Source: Oikopleura dioica
Lineage: Eukaryota; Animalia; Chordata
Length of the DNA stretch: 64,000 nucleotides
NCBI GenBank assembly: GCA_907165135.1
Contig: OU015567.1
Coordinates: forward strand, 5,208,001-5,272,000
Direction of reading: 5' to 3'
Below, piece by piece: positions 25,271-37,062 of the stretch. The translations under genes and the position numbers were made by a program. Under the pieces are notes generated by a model. That model worked only from the letters and a program-made list of their open reading frames with translations. It was not told the DNA's origin and did no database searches. How positions within the stretch are numbered: position 1 is the stretch's first letter; each line of letters opens with the position of its first letter.

Positions 25271-26853
25271 ATGAAAATCGAGGAGTACGGAATCGGAAAC
25301 GTCCGCAGCCATGTGCGCTACTTCAGAAACATCCTCAACGTCTTGCCCTCTCGTTACTCTTATCTCGACTCGCAGCGTCTGGTCATCGCTCAATTCGCAC
25401 TCGGCGGTCTCTCCTTTCTCGGCGCCATCGACCAGCTTCAAAACAAGGAAGAATTCATCGAGTGGATCTATTCTCTTCAGTCTCCTCATGGCGGCTTCTT
25501 TGGCTCAAAGATCATGAAAGAACTTCCTTCCCATCTTGCCAAGCCGCATATTGCTTCGACATTCGCAGCTGTTCAGTGCCTCATTTTACTTGGCGACGAA
25601 CTCGACAGAATTCACATTCCAGAGCTGCTTTCTTGGATCAAATCCTTGATGAACCCGGATGGCTCGTTTCAAGGTGCAGCGGATGCTTCTGAGCCGACGG
25701 ATTTAAGGGAGTAAGCGTTATGAATCTTGATTTCCACTCCTTCTTTCGTAGCCCAAATAGATTAAGGGGGTCACTCAATTATAGAAGAAAGAAAAATCAA
25801 AATTCTCAATGCCTACCCCCTTGAAAGATTCACATATTGTGCCGCCTTCCTCATTCACATCTTCGGAACATCAAATTTCTCCGATGAAGATCGAAAAAGA
25901 GCAGTTCAATACATCATCTCCTGCCAAAGCCCCGATACAGCTTTCGGCCAAGTTCCGGGTGCAGAAGGCCACGGAGCCTTGACTTTTTGCGCTCTCGCTT
26001 CGCTCAAGTTCTTTGGCTGCCTACACAGCGATGAAGGAGTGCTTTCTGCCGCAGAGTTAAAACGGATCGTTCGTTTTTGCGTCAATCGTCAATCGGAAGG
26101 AATTCACGGCCGGCCACACAAGCCTGACGACACTTGCTACACCTTCTGGACCTGTGCGGCGCTGAAACTGGCGCAACCGTCGATTGACATTTCTGAAAAA
26201 CTAGACAAGGAACGAGTCTTGAGCTTTGTCCGAAGCTGCGTTGATGAAAATATTGGCGGAATCAAAAAGCTGAATGCGAAGAATCAATATGCAGATGCGA
26301 CGCATTCGTATTTTGCGCTTGCTGGATTGGGCGTGATTTTCGACGATGTAATGCCCGAATACATGCTCAAGAAGGACCTGACTAAAAGAGTTTTGAGAAT
26401 AAGGTAGGTCCTTTCAACAAGAGGTAAGAGTTGATCAGTTTTTTATTAACATGATACCAAATGGATACCAATTGAAATTTCAATATTACCATAATCATAC
26501 GAACTTGGATGTAACAAATTTATTTTTGCTTCGTCATTTTATGAAAATATTTAAAATCGTTAATTTATGTCTCTATCTAGAGAAAATAGATTCATTAGTA
26601 ATGAATCATTACTTCGGCGAGAATTTAGTGTTTTGCTCATTTTAGATTGGGTGACTTTTTCAACCCAAAGTTCATTATATACTGGAAGCATAAGATAATG
26701 ATCAGTCTATACTATCTTATCGACCTTAGATATTTATCATTTTTGGCCATTCTCTGATATTTGGCTCGTTCCTCGGCTTTGAAATTTAGCATTTTAACCA
26801 TTTTCAGGAATCGAGTAAAAGAGTCAAAACTGGACAGCTCAAACAGCCTGTAA
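25271..26853 (+). CDS. PGGT1B: Geranylgeranyltransferase type I beta subunit
   Basis: HVRYFRNILNVLPSRYSYLDSQRL, DLRFTYCA, EGHGALTFCALASL, GRPHKPDDTCYTFW and DATHSY prenyltransferase motifs. Confidence 0.93.
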
Positions 26854-27117
26854 GTCCTGTTTCTTGGATCTTCGATTCTAAGCTTTCTGAAAAGGTTAAG
26901 CCGAGCTGGTAATTTGGCATTGAGCGTTTCCTTTGCTATTCTTTCTGTCTACGCGACCTATCTTCTGCGAGAGCCTCTAACTTCAGCCTAACTTGCTAAT
27001 CCTCTCAACAGATATCCGGATTGAAAGGTCATCTGTACACAAAATTAAAATTGTACACTTTTCTGTATTTTTGAACAATTTACACTCTGCAATAAAAATA
27101 TTCTTTTCCAACTAATA

Positions 27118-28401
27118 ATGCGTCTCATCCCCTTTTTTCTTCTTTTGAAAAGTGCATTGAACTGCAGAGAACGAATTTGCAGAAGAACTGTTTTGTCTTT
27201 ATCTGACTGTAGCCCCTGGTGGCGGGGAATCACTGCTTGTTTGGGGATAAAGGATAGTGTTCTTCTGGACACGATTCTAGCGTCCGAGTGGTACGAAAAA
27301 ACGACCGAGCTTTGTAGCGAAAAATGCGTGAAAAGAGAGAGGTCGAGGTTTTGCGCCATTTGTTGGCTAGAATCAATGAAAGAAACGGAAGAAATCGATT
27401 TGCTCCTCGAAGAAGTCGAGAAAACGCCAGAAGAAGTGGCGGACTGCTTCTTTTCCGTTTTCCCGAGAGTTGAGAAACAGGCAAGGAAATATAGCCCAAC
27501 AGACAGGAGATGTCTTATTGGCTTAACCATCGAATAAAGGTTTCTTATTGGCCTATCCTTTCTAGTGATTCATATTTGATCAAATATCCGATATATTTGA
27601 TCAAGTTAAGTTTCCTATCAAAGAAAACGATCCAAGTTCAAGAGAAATTCCTCCTCCAAACTTATGAATTTCGTCTTCCATCATCAATGGACCGATTCGC
27701 CGTTGAATTTCCCTGTCTTCCGGCAGCGTTTTCTTTCCGCAACGCCCTCTGCATTCCGAAACAGAATTTTGATCAAGCTGCTTCTGGAGTGAGTCTCGAG
27801 CGAACAAATGCCACGGATAACGTAGAACTGGATCTTGTTCTATCAAAGGAATGCTCGTTCGATCCGAAGGATGTGAATTTGGTCAGCCTTGACCAGGGAA
27901 CCTTTTGAACGGAGCTAGGTTGGAGTCGCTTCCGAACCTATTTGGAACGGTAAATATAGCAGCATCGATTGAACTTATCCTAAATTGAAGGACCTGGTCG
28001 ATTTTGTCGAGAACAGACCAAAAGTAATCAAAGTCCGAGTTTTCGTTACTTCCGATCAAAGAAGAAGAAGAAGCAGGGATAATGGCGATTACGATTACGA
28101 CTACTACGATTTCAATGAGGATGAAAACGATGCATTTTCTCCTTCTTTTGTCTTCGGAATCGGTAGTTTTTATCAAAATTACTTGATTATAAAATTTCTT
28201 TCTTCAGAAAGTAAGTGCGACATCATGATATCTTCTGCTCGAAGAATCGGGCAGCAAGAAACGAACTGGAGAGGATTGTTTCAAGAGGACCCAGTAGCAA
28301 TCAAATCTCGTCGAAGAAGACATCTTATCGGTCTTTCTGGAAGCTACAATCAGTTTTATGAACGGAATCAAAGCTTTTCCAGAAGAAACTTTTCCAATTA
28401 G
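27118..28401 (+). CDS. Hypothetical secreted Cys-rich protein with polybasic sites and DY-rich tract
   Basis: Signal peptide MRLIPFFLLLKSALNC. In-frame GT-AG introns at about 27951-27990 and 28163-28207. RRRRSR and RRRRH sites. Confidence 0.6.
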
Positions 28402-28698
28402 AGACTGATGGATTCCGAAACAGAAAAGCCTTGATTCTTCAAATTTCGAGCTTGAGCTTTCCGTAGAACTTTTGGACCGAGCTTGTCGGATCTCTTCCTC
28501 TGCTTTCTTCGTTGATCTGGACCCACCATAACAGGGCAATATCTTGTGGAAGTGGGCAACTATTCCTTCATCGGCGAACCTGGTGTAACCTGACTTTCGG
28601 GATGCGCATTGACTTTTTCGAGTGCGTGTCGTAGCGACGTCAGGAAAATCGACGAGGACATTCACTGATGATCCGCGGCTTTTTCGCGACTCGTCCAT
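28204..28698 (-). CDS. Possible small gene head-to-head with FRG1
   Basis: 164-aa ORF with AAAAATGG context and an upstream TTTTCAG acceptor. It overlaps the 3' end of the plus-strand gene. Confidence 0.35.
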   Translation of the reverse strand: MDESRKSRGSSVNVLVDFPDVATTRTRKSQCASRKSGYTRFADEGIVAHFHKILPCYGGSRSTKKAEEEIRQARSKSSTESSSSKFEESRLFCFGIHQSLIGKVSSGKALIPFIKLIVASRKTDKMSSSTRFDCYWVLLKQSSPVRFLLPDSSSRRYHDVALTF

Positions 28699-28772
28699 TT
28701 TTTGTTCTAACAGATACTCAATTTATAAGCTGAAAATCATGAAAGGAAGACTTACGGTCTGTCTTTAGAAAA

Positions 28773-31700
28773 ATGTCGGAAGTATACAATAGGGTTGGCC
28801 ATCCAAAAGTCGATGGCTGACGTGGTCGAACACTATATATTTTCTGAAAGCTCAGGAGCTGAGGATTCTAGTGGTAGCAATATTATGGGGATTGGGGATG
28901 GGAATCGGGGTTAAAATTGGGGAAAAGGATCAAAATTTTTTTGTTTATGAAAATTTGACTTCGACCCCTTATTCGAACGCTTTTGGGCCAGAGAATTCGA
29001 AAATAAATAAATTTTTGATTTTTTGAGTCGAAAAATAACGATTTCAGCCAAAAATCAAATCACTTGGCAGTTGGATTGGCCAAAAAAATCGGCCGTGGTG
29101 CGCCTGACACAAGTCACCCCTGGTCTGATACGCCTTCTTGAGAGGATTATAATAATCCGATTATTAGCCATTTATGGAAATTTTCAAAATTTTTATTAAA
29201 AACCATAATTTAAGTAAAAATCTGGACAAATTATATTTTAACAGTGAATGGGGGTGGGCGGGGTTTGGGACGCAACTGAGATTGATCAACTCGAAGCTCC
29301 CAGCCATTGTCAAGCCCCTTAATGTTAAAAATCAAGGAACGGGGCTGAGACGGCCCGAAGGGCCGTCAAGCCCCTTAATGTTAAAAATCAAGGAACGGGG
29401 CTGAGACGGCCCGAAGGGCCGTCAAGCCCCTTAATGTTAAAAATCAAGGAACGGGGCTGAGACGGCCCGAAGGGCCGTCAAGCCCCTTAATGTTAAAAAT
29501 CAAGGAACGGGGCTGAGACGGCCCGAAGGGCCGTCAAGCCCTTAATGTTAAAAATCAAGGAACGGGGCTGAGACGGCCCGAAGGGCCGTCAAGCCCCTTA
29601 ATGTTAAAAATCAAGGAACGGGGCTGAGACGGCCCGAAGGGCCGTCAAGCCCCTTAATGTTAAAAATCAAGGAACGGGGCTGAGACGGCCCGAAGGGCCG
29701 TCAAGCCCCTTAATGTTAAAAATCAAGGAACGGGGCTGAGACGGCCCGAAGGGCCGTCAAGCCCCTTAATGTTAAAATCAAGGAACGGGGCTGAGACGGC
29801 CCGAAGGGCCGTCAAGCCCTTAATGTTAAAAATCAAGGAACGGGGCTGAGACGGCCCGAAGGGCCGTCAAGCCCCTTAATGTTAAAAATCAAGGAACGGG
29901 GCTGAGACGGCCCGAAGGGCCGTCAAGCCCTTAATGTTAAAAATCAAGGAACGGGGCTGAGACGGCCCGAAGGGCCGTCAAGCCCCTTAATGTTAAAAAT
30001 CAAGGAACGGGGCTGAGACGGCCCGAAGGGCCGTCAAGCCCCTTAATGTTAAAAATCAAGGAACGGGGCTGAGACGGCCCGAAGGGCCGTCAAGCCCCTT
30101 AATGTTAAAAATCAAGGAACGGGGCTGAGACGGCCCGAAGGGCCGTCAAGCCCTTAATGTTAAAAATCAAGGAACGGGGCTGAGACGGCCCGAAGGGCCG
30201 TCAAGCCCCTTAATGTTAAAAATCAAGGAACGGGGCTGAGACGGCCCGAAGGGCCGTCAAGCCCCTTAATGTTAAAAATCAAGGAACGGGGCTGAGACGG
30301 CCCGAAGGGCCGTCAAGCCCTTAATGTTAAAAATCAAGGAACGGGGCTGAGACGGCCCGAAGGGCCGTCAAGCCCTTAATGTTAAAAATCAAGGAACGGG
30401 GCTGAGACGGCCCGAAGGGCCGTCAAGCCCCTTAATGTTAAAAATCAAGGAACGGGGCTGAGACGGCCCGAAGGGCCGTCAAGCCCCTTAATGTTAAAAA
30501 TCAAGGAACGGGGCTGAGACGGCCCGAAGGGCCGTCAAGCCCCTTAATGTTAAAAATCAAGGAACGGGGCTGAGACGGCCCGAAGGGCCGTCAAGCCCCT
30601 TAATGTTAAAAATCAAGGAACGGGGCTGAGACGGCCCGAAGGGCCGTCAAGCCCCTTAATGTTAAAAATCAAGGAACGGGGCTGAGACGGCCCGAAGGGC
30701 CGTCAAGCCCTTAATGTTAAAAATCAAGGAACGGGGCTGAGACGGCCCGAAGGGCCGTCAAGCCCTTAATGTTAAAAATCAAGGAACGGGGCTGAGACGG
30801 CCCGAAGGGCCGTCAAGCCCTTAATGTTAAAAATCAAGGAACGGGGCTGAGACGGCCCGAAGGGCCGTCAAGCCCCTTAATGTTAAAAATCAAGGAACGG
30901 GGCTGAGACGGCCCGAAGGGCCGTCAAGCCCCTTAATGTTAAAAATCAAGGAACGGGGCTGAGACGGCCCGAAGGGCCGTCAAGCCCCTTAATGTTAAAA
31001 ATCAAGGAACGGGGCTGAGACGGCCCGAAGGGCCGTCAAGCCCTTAATGTTAAAAATCAAGGAACGGGGCTGAGACGGCCCGAAGGGCCGTCAAGCCCCT
31101 TAATGTTAAAAATCAAGGAACGGGGCTGAGACGGCCCGAAGGGCCGTCAAGCCCTTAATGTTAAAAATCAAGGAACGGGGCTGAGACGGCCCGAAGGGCC
31201 GTCAAGCCCTTAATGTTAAAAATCAAGGAACGGGGCTGAGACGGCCCGAAGGGCCGTCAAGCCCCTTAATGTAAAAAATCAAGGAACGGGGCTGAGACGG
31301 CCCGAAGGGCCGTCAAGCCCCTTAATGTTAAAAATCAAGGAACGGGGCTGAGACGGCCCGAAGGGCCGTCAAGCCCCTTAATGTTAAAAATCAAGGAACG
31401 GGGCTGAGACGGCCCGAAGGGCCGTCAAGCCCCTTAATGTTAAAAATCAAGGAACGGGGCTGAGACGGCCCGAAGGAAAAAAATTGGTGAAATTCGTCTT
31501 TTTAGTGTTCTTTGAAGGGGCGGCGGGGTTAAACGAATTATTCGTTTACTATTTTGCCAAAGTCATGCTAAATAATAAGGTTTAATCTAAAAGTTTTAGA
31601 CTAAAACTTGTCGAAAACTCAGATCCTAATTATGAGCGGAAGGTGCCTTAACTGACGCAGAAAAATACGGAAATCGATGTTGACACCCTTAATATATATT

Positions 31701-34700
31701 TTTTCGATCTTGTGACTCTTTTTTACGTCATTATTAATCACTATCTTGAAAAAAAAAAATAAAGTGTTAGACGATTTCTTAATAAGTGCCATCCATTATT
31801 CGCAATTTTTCAATTTTTCGATTTTTTAACCTATCTTTGTCGGGCTGCCAAATTTTTTTCCCACCTGCTATTCAAAAGTTCAGGTACTTAAAATAAAGCT
31901 CAGACACTAGGCTATTAAATCCACATATCAAATCGACCGCGTCAGGGATCTTACTGTATAAAATTTTTCAAAATGTGAAGCTAGTGAGGTGAAATTCCAT
32001 GGGTCCAGTGAAGGTTTCCGCCCACCAATCCGAAATATGATTAATTTTTTATGTTGTATTTTTATGTTTATATTGCTTAGACGCTAAGCAACAAAAACTT
32101 ATTTAAAATGATCATCAACTATTGTCCAATCAGATTTCAGGAACGATTTTCTTCAACAAGTCAAGAATATTTCAAAAAAATTAGGTTTTCCAATAGCCAC
32201 GAGCTACCTGATTGGTCAATCCGGCTAATTCTTTCGGAGGATATGTTTTTTGACCCGAGGAATCTAAATATGACCAAATTTTTCACCCCACGTGACCTCG
32301 ACCCAAAGATGGCCAACCCTAGTATACAAAAAAGTGAAATCGGGCAAACTGAAGCTAAAAGGCGACGATACAGACGAAAAACGCCGGGCGAAGAAGAAGG
32401 CGAAAAAGGAGAAAAAAGCGCGAAAAAGAAAGCTGAACGAGGGCATCGATGAAGACGAAGAGCTCCACGCTGGATGGTACAAGGTGAGGCTTCAAATGAA
32501 GGGTTGTTTTTCAACAGCGCGGGTTTCGCTGTTTTGAGAATTATTGTTTTTGCGAGCGATCTCGGCAGTCGCGCCGAGCGAGTCTTGTCACAATTCACTG
32601 CCAATATAAAAGATTGAACGTGAAGAAATGCTTCTCATACTTGGAGATAATCTGAGATGAAGTATTTCCCTGTTTTTTGCTTGGCTGCAAAGGAAGCTTG
32701 ATAAAAAGAGAAAAAATTAGTTCTTTGACTGAAAAAGTGTGACAGGCTTTTGGCCTTTGTTAAAACCTGAGTCAGCTTCTCTTAAGCCTTTTGAAGACCC
32801 TGACTCATCTCTGTATATAGGAAATAAAGCAAAGAATGACACACTGCGACAGGTAGCTGAGTCTAGGGTCCTCTATTATTAAATTTTTATCACTCCAAAA
32901 AGGCCGCGGCAAGTTGCGCCGACGGAAATAATGGTGGCTGTTCCCACTACTGTAATGGACACACCAACGTCTGCGAATGCCCTTCCTGTTGGATTTTGAA
33001 GGATGACGGGGTCACTTGCACTCCCGATCCGGCGAAGATGGCGATCACTTGCGATCAGACTGGGATGGCGCTGGAACTCGACTTGTGCATCTACACTGGC
33101 GACCCAAGCGATTCGATCACCCTTGCTTTCGACCAGCAAAACTGCACTTCTCAACGAGACTTCGACAACGATAAGTTCTTGATTGAAACTCCACTTGATG
33201 GCTGCGCGACGACGACTTCTACTGAAGGTGACGATATTGTCTTCAAGAATACCATCAGCGTTCTTTCTCGACACAACAACTATGGAATCGACCTCAATTC
33301 CGATGTCAACATCGAAGCTCAGGAAATTTGTAAAGCATTGTAGGATTTTTCTCTCTTTTAGCCCATAAGAAGCCATTTTACTTGTTGCCAACCAAAAAGT
33401 CTGCCCCATAAAAACCGTTTTATAAATATAAAAAGTGCCGATTCTCTGCTTTCGTCTCTGAAGTCACCTCTGGAAACTACACCAATTCTCCAGCGGTGCA
33501 AGAAGTTGGCTCATCTGGAATGGGAACATTCGAATTCAACGCCGACTTTTTCACCGACGACGATTTTAGCCAGGAAGTCGACTCTACAGACGTCCAAGTC
33601 GTCGGAGAAGAAGTTTTCTTTGGAATGTCGCTGGCTACTCCCATTGACGGAATTTCCTTCACCGTTGATAGCTGCCAAGTCCAAGGGCCAAGCTACGACA
33701 CCACCGCTTCTTTCGACGTGTTCAAAGATGGCTGCGCCAATTCTGTGGTCAACAACGACGCGGTCGCCCAAGAATTCGAAGTGACCGACCAATTCAAGCT
33801 CTCTTACCACGCTTTCCAATTCTCTGGAAACGAAAATCGCGAAACAACGGAGATGAAGATGGTCTGCCACGTCCACATCTGTCGCAACGGCATCTGTCCC
33901 ATCAGCGAGCCTAACTGCTGATTTCTTTAACCCTTTCTGTGAACTTGTCATTTTCTGCTTTTTCAAATAAATCAACGCCAGACTAAAATTTTCTATTCAA
34001 GCTTTTTCTTCAAAAGTTATTTTGACGAGGCTTATTTGCGATTTATTCCAAAATACACCTTTCTTCTATTTTTTCGTATTACGGGGTTTTATTTGGTATC
34101 TTGGTTTAACCTGCAAGAACAGGTTAAAATGATGACGAAATAGTTTTTTCTTGTCCCTTCGGTCTATTTGATGCTTTTTCTAAAATATTTTGCGTTCAAA
34201 TAACAAGCTGTTTCAGTACAGCGATGTGGAAATGATGAAACCAGGGCTGACGGCGCTTGAATTCGGCGATCGAACATATGTTTTCTCGTTGGACACGGGC
34301 TTGTTTACGCTTGGCGCGCCCAGAAAGGACGAGGGAGGCGCCCCAGCACCCGAAGGAAATGGTTTTACACACTGTTTTACATTGTTTCATTCATTTTAGA
34401 CGGCTCCCTGGAAGTGTGAGTCAAAATAAAGTGCTTATTTCGATTACAGTAGTCAAAAACGGGGCTTATTTTCTACTCTAGTCAAGAAAAAGAAAGGCTC
34501 AGATACTTGCGCAGAAACCTGAGTCAGGGTCCTGTTAAAGCTTGACTGTTTTAACACAGGTTTTTACGCAGGTTTTCGAGTTGCGGAGCCTATCCTAGAA
34601 AACCATTTGGAAAGAACAGTACTTTCTATCGAAAATATCAAACACGAAGATCGCCTTGAAATCTGGCTACGGAAAGTATCTCGGCGTGGACAAGCAAGGC

Positions 34701-36158
34701 CTCGTCATCGGCAGATCGGATGCAATTACCCCGCTGGAGCAATTTGAACCAGGTACGACCGAAATTGAACTGAGAGAAAACTGGATTACTGGTCACTCTT
34801 CGATCGGATTAATTAAAATGTGGCGTCATCGACTCATCGCTGAATTCTAGTTTGGCAAAAAGTCGATGGAAAAGAAAAATGCGCCCTGATCGCCTCGAAT
34901 GGCTGCTTTATTGAGTTCAACGAAGAGGGCGATCTAGTTGCGACGAAGCGAAATGCAGAAGAGGTAATTAAGGCGCGCTCCCTGGATTCTTTCTCATATA
35001 AACAAGGCCACAGATTGGAGATGGAGGAATTTGTGAAATTTTTGTTTGCCCATTATCTCCAAGTTTCTCATTTAGAAGAGAGGCGTTATTCTCTTGAAAA
35101 CAAAGAATTTGAGCGTATCTTTGGTAGTATCTGGGGTCGGCAACCCATCTTTTAAACAAAAGATGGGAAAGGGAAAGATGGGTTTTCCGAAAGATGGGAA
35201 AGATGGGTTTCAAAGATGGGAAAGTTGGGTTTCCTTAAAGATGGGAAAGGTGGGTTCCAAAGATGGGTTAGCAGCAAAAAGCAGCCAAAGAAAGCTTCCC
35301 GAGCTGATACTTCAAGTTCCAGTATTTCGAAAACATAAAATCAGGAAATTAAGCTGGGAGTACATTTTTCTTTCATAGGCGAAAGCCATCTTTCCCATCT
35401 TTCGAACCCATCTTTCCCATCTTTGACACCCATCTTTTGAAAACCCATCTTTCCCATCATTCAGACCAAAAGATGGGTGAGGGAAAAAAGACAAAAACCC
35501 ATCTTTCCCACCTTTCCCCTAACCAATCTTTCCCATCATTCCCATCTTTGAAAGATGGGTCGCCGACCTCAGGGTAGTACCTGACTCAGGTTTTAGGCTG
35601 GTTGCCGAGTAATGGACTAGAAAATAAGGGTGTCAGCAAGCGTAGTCATTGACATAAACCCTCTTTCAACTAATAATCGGGTAACGAATGTAGAACCTCT
35701 TAGCATTGGCACTAGAATCACTATATAATTACTATATAATTCTCGTAATTCCTGATTAGCTTACAAAATTACAAAAATGACAAGAGAAAGCCATGTTCCC
35801 AAAACATGTTTCGCCACGAGCCTCCACGAAAATCCATTCTCCCCAATTCGTAATTATCAAATTTTGCAATCAAACAGCATCTATTCTAACATCCCTTTCT
35901 TTTTGCTAGGGAAACTACCTGAGCATCCGCACGAACATTCCCAAGCCCGAAGTAAACGTCGTTCCTTTCGAAGAACAAGGCGACGCGGCCGATGTCGAGC
36001 TCAAAATCGCCAAGAAGTATCAACACTGGCAAGATATGAAAATGAAGATCAACAAGAACGACATCAAAGAGGTCGAAATCGCGAAGAAAAAAGGACGGCT
36101 CCACGCTTGTCTGCTAGACAGACGCGCCGCCATGAAATCTGATAAATACTGCAAATAA
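28773..36158 (+). CDS. FRG1: FRG1 (FSHD region gene 1 homolog), first exon interrupted by a transposon
   Basis: Pre-insertion start [17 protein letters not shown]; GLFTLGAP; [12 protein letters not shown]...GRSDAI; C-terminal [15 protein letters not shown]. Confidence 0.95.
28790..32321. mobile_element. Non-autonomous hAT-type DNA transposon (3,532 bp) carrying a tandem array
   Basis: Perfect 14-bp TIR TAGGGTTGGCCATC and perfect 8-bp TSD GTATACAA (28782-28789 and 32322-32329). No transposase ORF. Confidence 0.9.
29309..31476. repeat. 56-bp tandem repeat, ~39 near-identical copies, each with a GC-rich hairpin
   Basis: Unit GTCAAGCCCCTTAATGTTAAAAATCAAGGAACGGGGCTGAGACGGCCCGAAGGGCC. Variants are almost only homopolymer length changes. 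Confidence 0.99.
32657..33921 (+). CDS. Secreted EGF + ZP-domain protein nested in FRG1 intron 1
   Basis: EGF ([13 protein letters not shown]...[16 protein letters not shown]), ZP-N (ITCDQTGM...LDGCATT) and ZP-C (FTVDSCQV...FSYHAFQF...VCHVHIC). Start codon tentative. Confidence 0.88.
35131..35572. mobile_element. MITE with 8-bp TSD and internal AAAGATGGG repeats, in an FRG1 intron
   Basis: TIR CTG(G/A)GGTCGGC(A/G)ACCCATCTTT. Flanks are GGTAGTAT and GGTAGTAC. Confidence 0.8.
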
Positions 36159-36667
36159 CTGCCAATACAAGCATAATTACTGTCGATTACTGTCAGTTCA
36201 AAAATAGCATTTAAAATGAATATTTTGCATTTCGAAATAAGGGTGTCACCTTAGTAAGGAAGGACAATTTTCCATAAAAAGCCGCCCTCATCTCTTACAA
36301 GCTCAAAGCCGCTAGCGGCTTCTCCAGTTTAATCAATTTTTTTGGAATAAGGGAGTCAACATGTTAGCTTTGAAAGAAAATTCATCATTTTAGCATAGAA
36401 AGTTCACCAAAGAAAGATTCAATAAGCTCAAAAAAGTGCTGTTAATTGCTCGGTTGAGCGCAACAAAGTGGTGAAATGGCGCGTTCTGCGAAGCCCCGTC
36501 GCCGTGAAAATGAAACAAAGAACCTGTGGGTCGGGCTAAGCTGTTGAATTTGCATTTTGAATTACGCTCAACTCAGCGTTCTCTATACTTAGACAGCCCC
36601 CGCTCTGAGTCGGTCGATTCAAGAGCGTTCAAGTTTTGTTTTTGTTTGAATTCAAAGTTGATCCTCA

Positions 36668-36780
36668 AAACCTGTGTAGAAATCCTGAGTCAGGTTCTGA
36701 ATAGCTGAGATAAAAAGCCGCGTAGCGGCTTTTATTAGACCCTAAGCCTGACTCAGGTTTTCTACACAGGTTGCTGAGCA
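36668..36780. mobile_element. CCTGACTCAGG-family short foldback with central GCCGCGTAGCGGC hairpin
   Basis: CCTGTGTAGAAATCCTGAGTCAGG ... CCTGACTCAGGTTTTCTACACAGG. Confidence 0.75.
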
Positions 36781-37062
36781 AATGAAGAAACCTGACTCAG
36801 GAAATGCTCCAAAACAGTAGCGCGGCAAAATGGCGATACGCTCTCTTCAAAGCTAAAATATTATTTTCGCGACCTTCCAAAAACGTCAAACGCGAGTGGT
36901 TATCTTTCTTCGGAAAGAAAAACACAGACGTTCACTTTCTTTTTCCTCGCTTCTAAAGCGCTAGAATGACACGATTAATTGGCGCTAAATTGAAATCAAG
37001 GGCGCTTGATTTTGTTTTTAGACAAATTAGATTTGTTTTCTGACAAGTTTCTTGTTTGTAGA

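Noticed and set aside
29341-29380. Hammerhead ribozyme in the repeat (CTGAGA-stem-loop)
   Set aside because: The core needs CUGANGA and GAAA after stem II. Here N7 is missing and TCAAG follows the stem.
29309-31476. CRISPR array
   Set aside because: The units are identical with no unique spacers, there are no cas genes, and the context is eukaryotic.
32108-32452. 114-aa ORF as a transposase remnant
   Set aside because: It is a chimera of the element end and an alternative FRG1 frame, with no transposase motifs.
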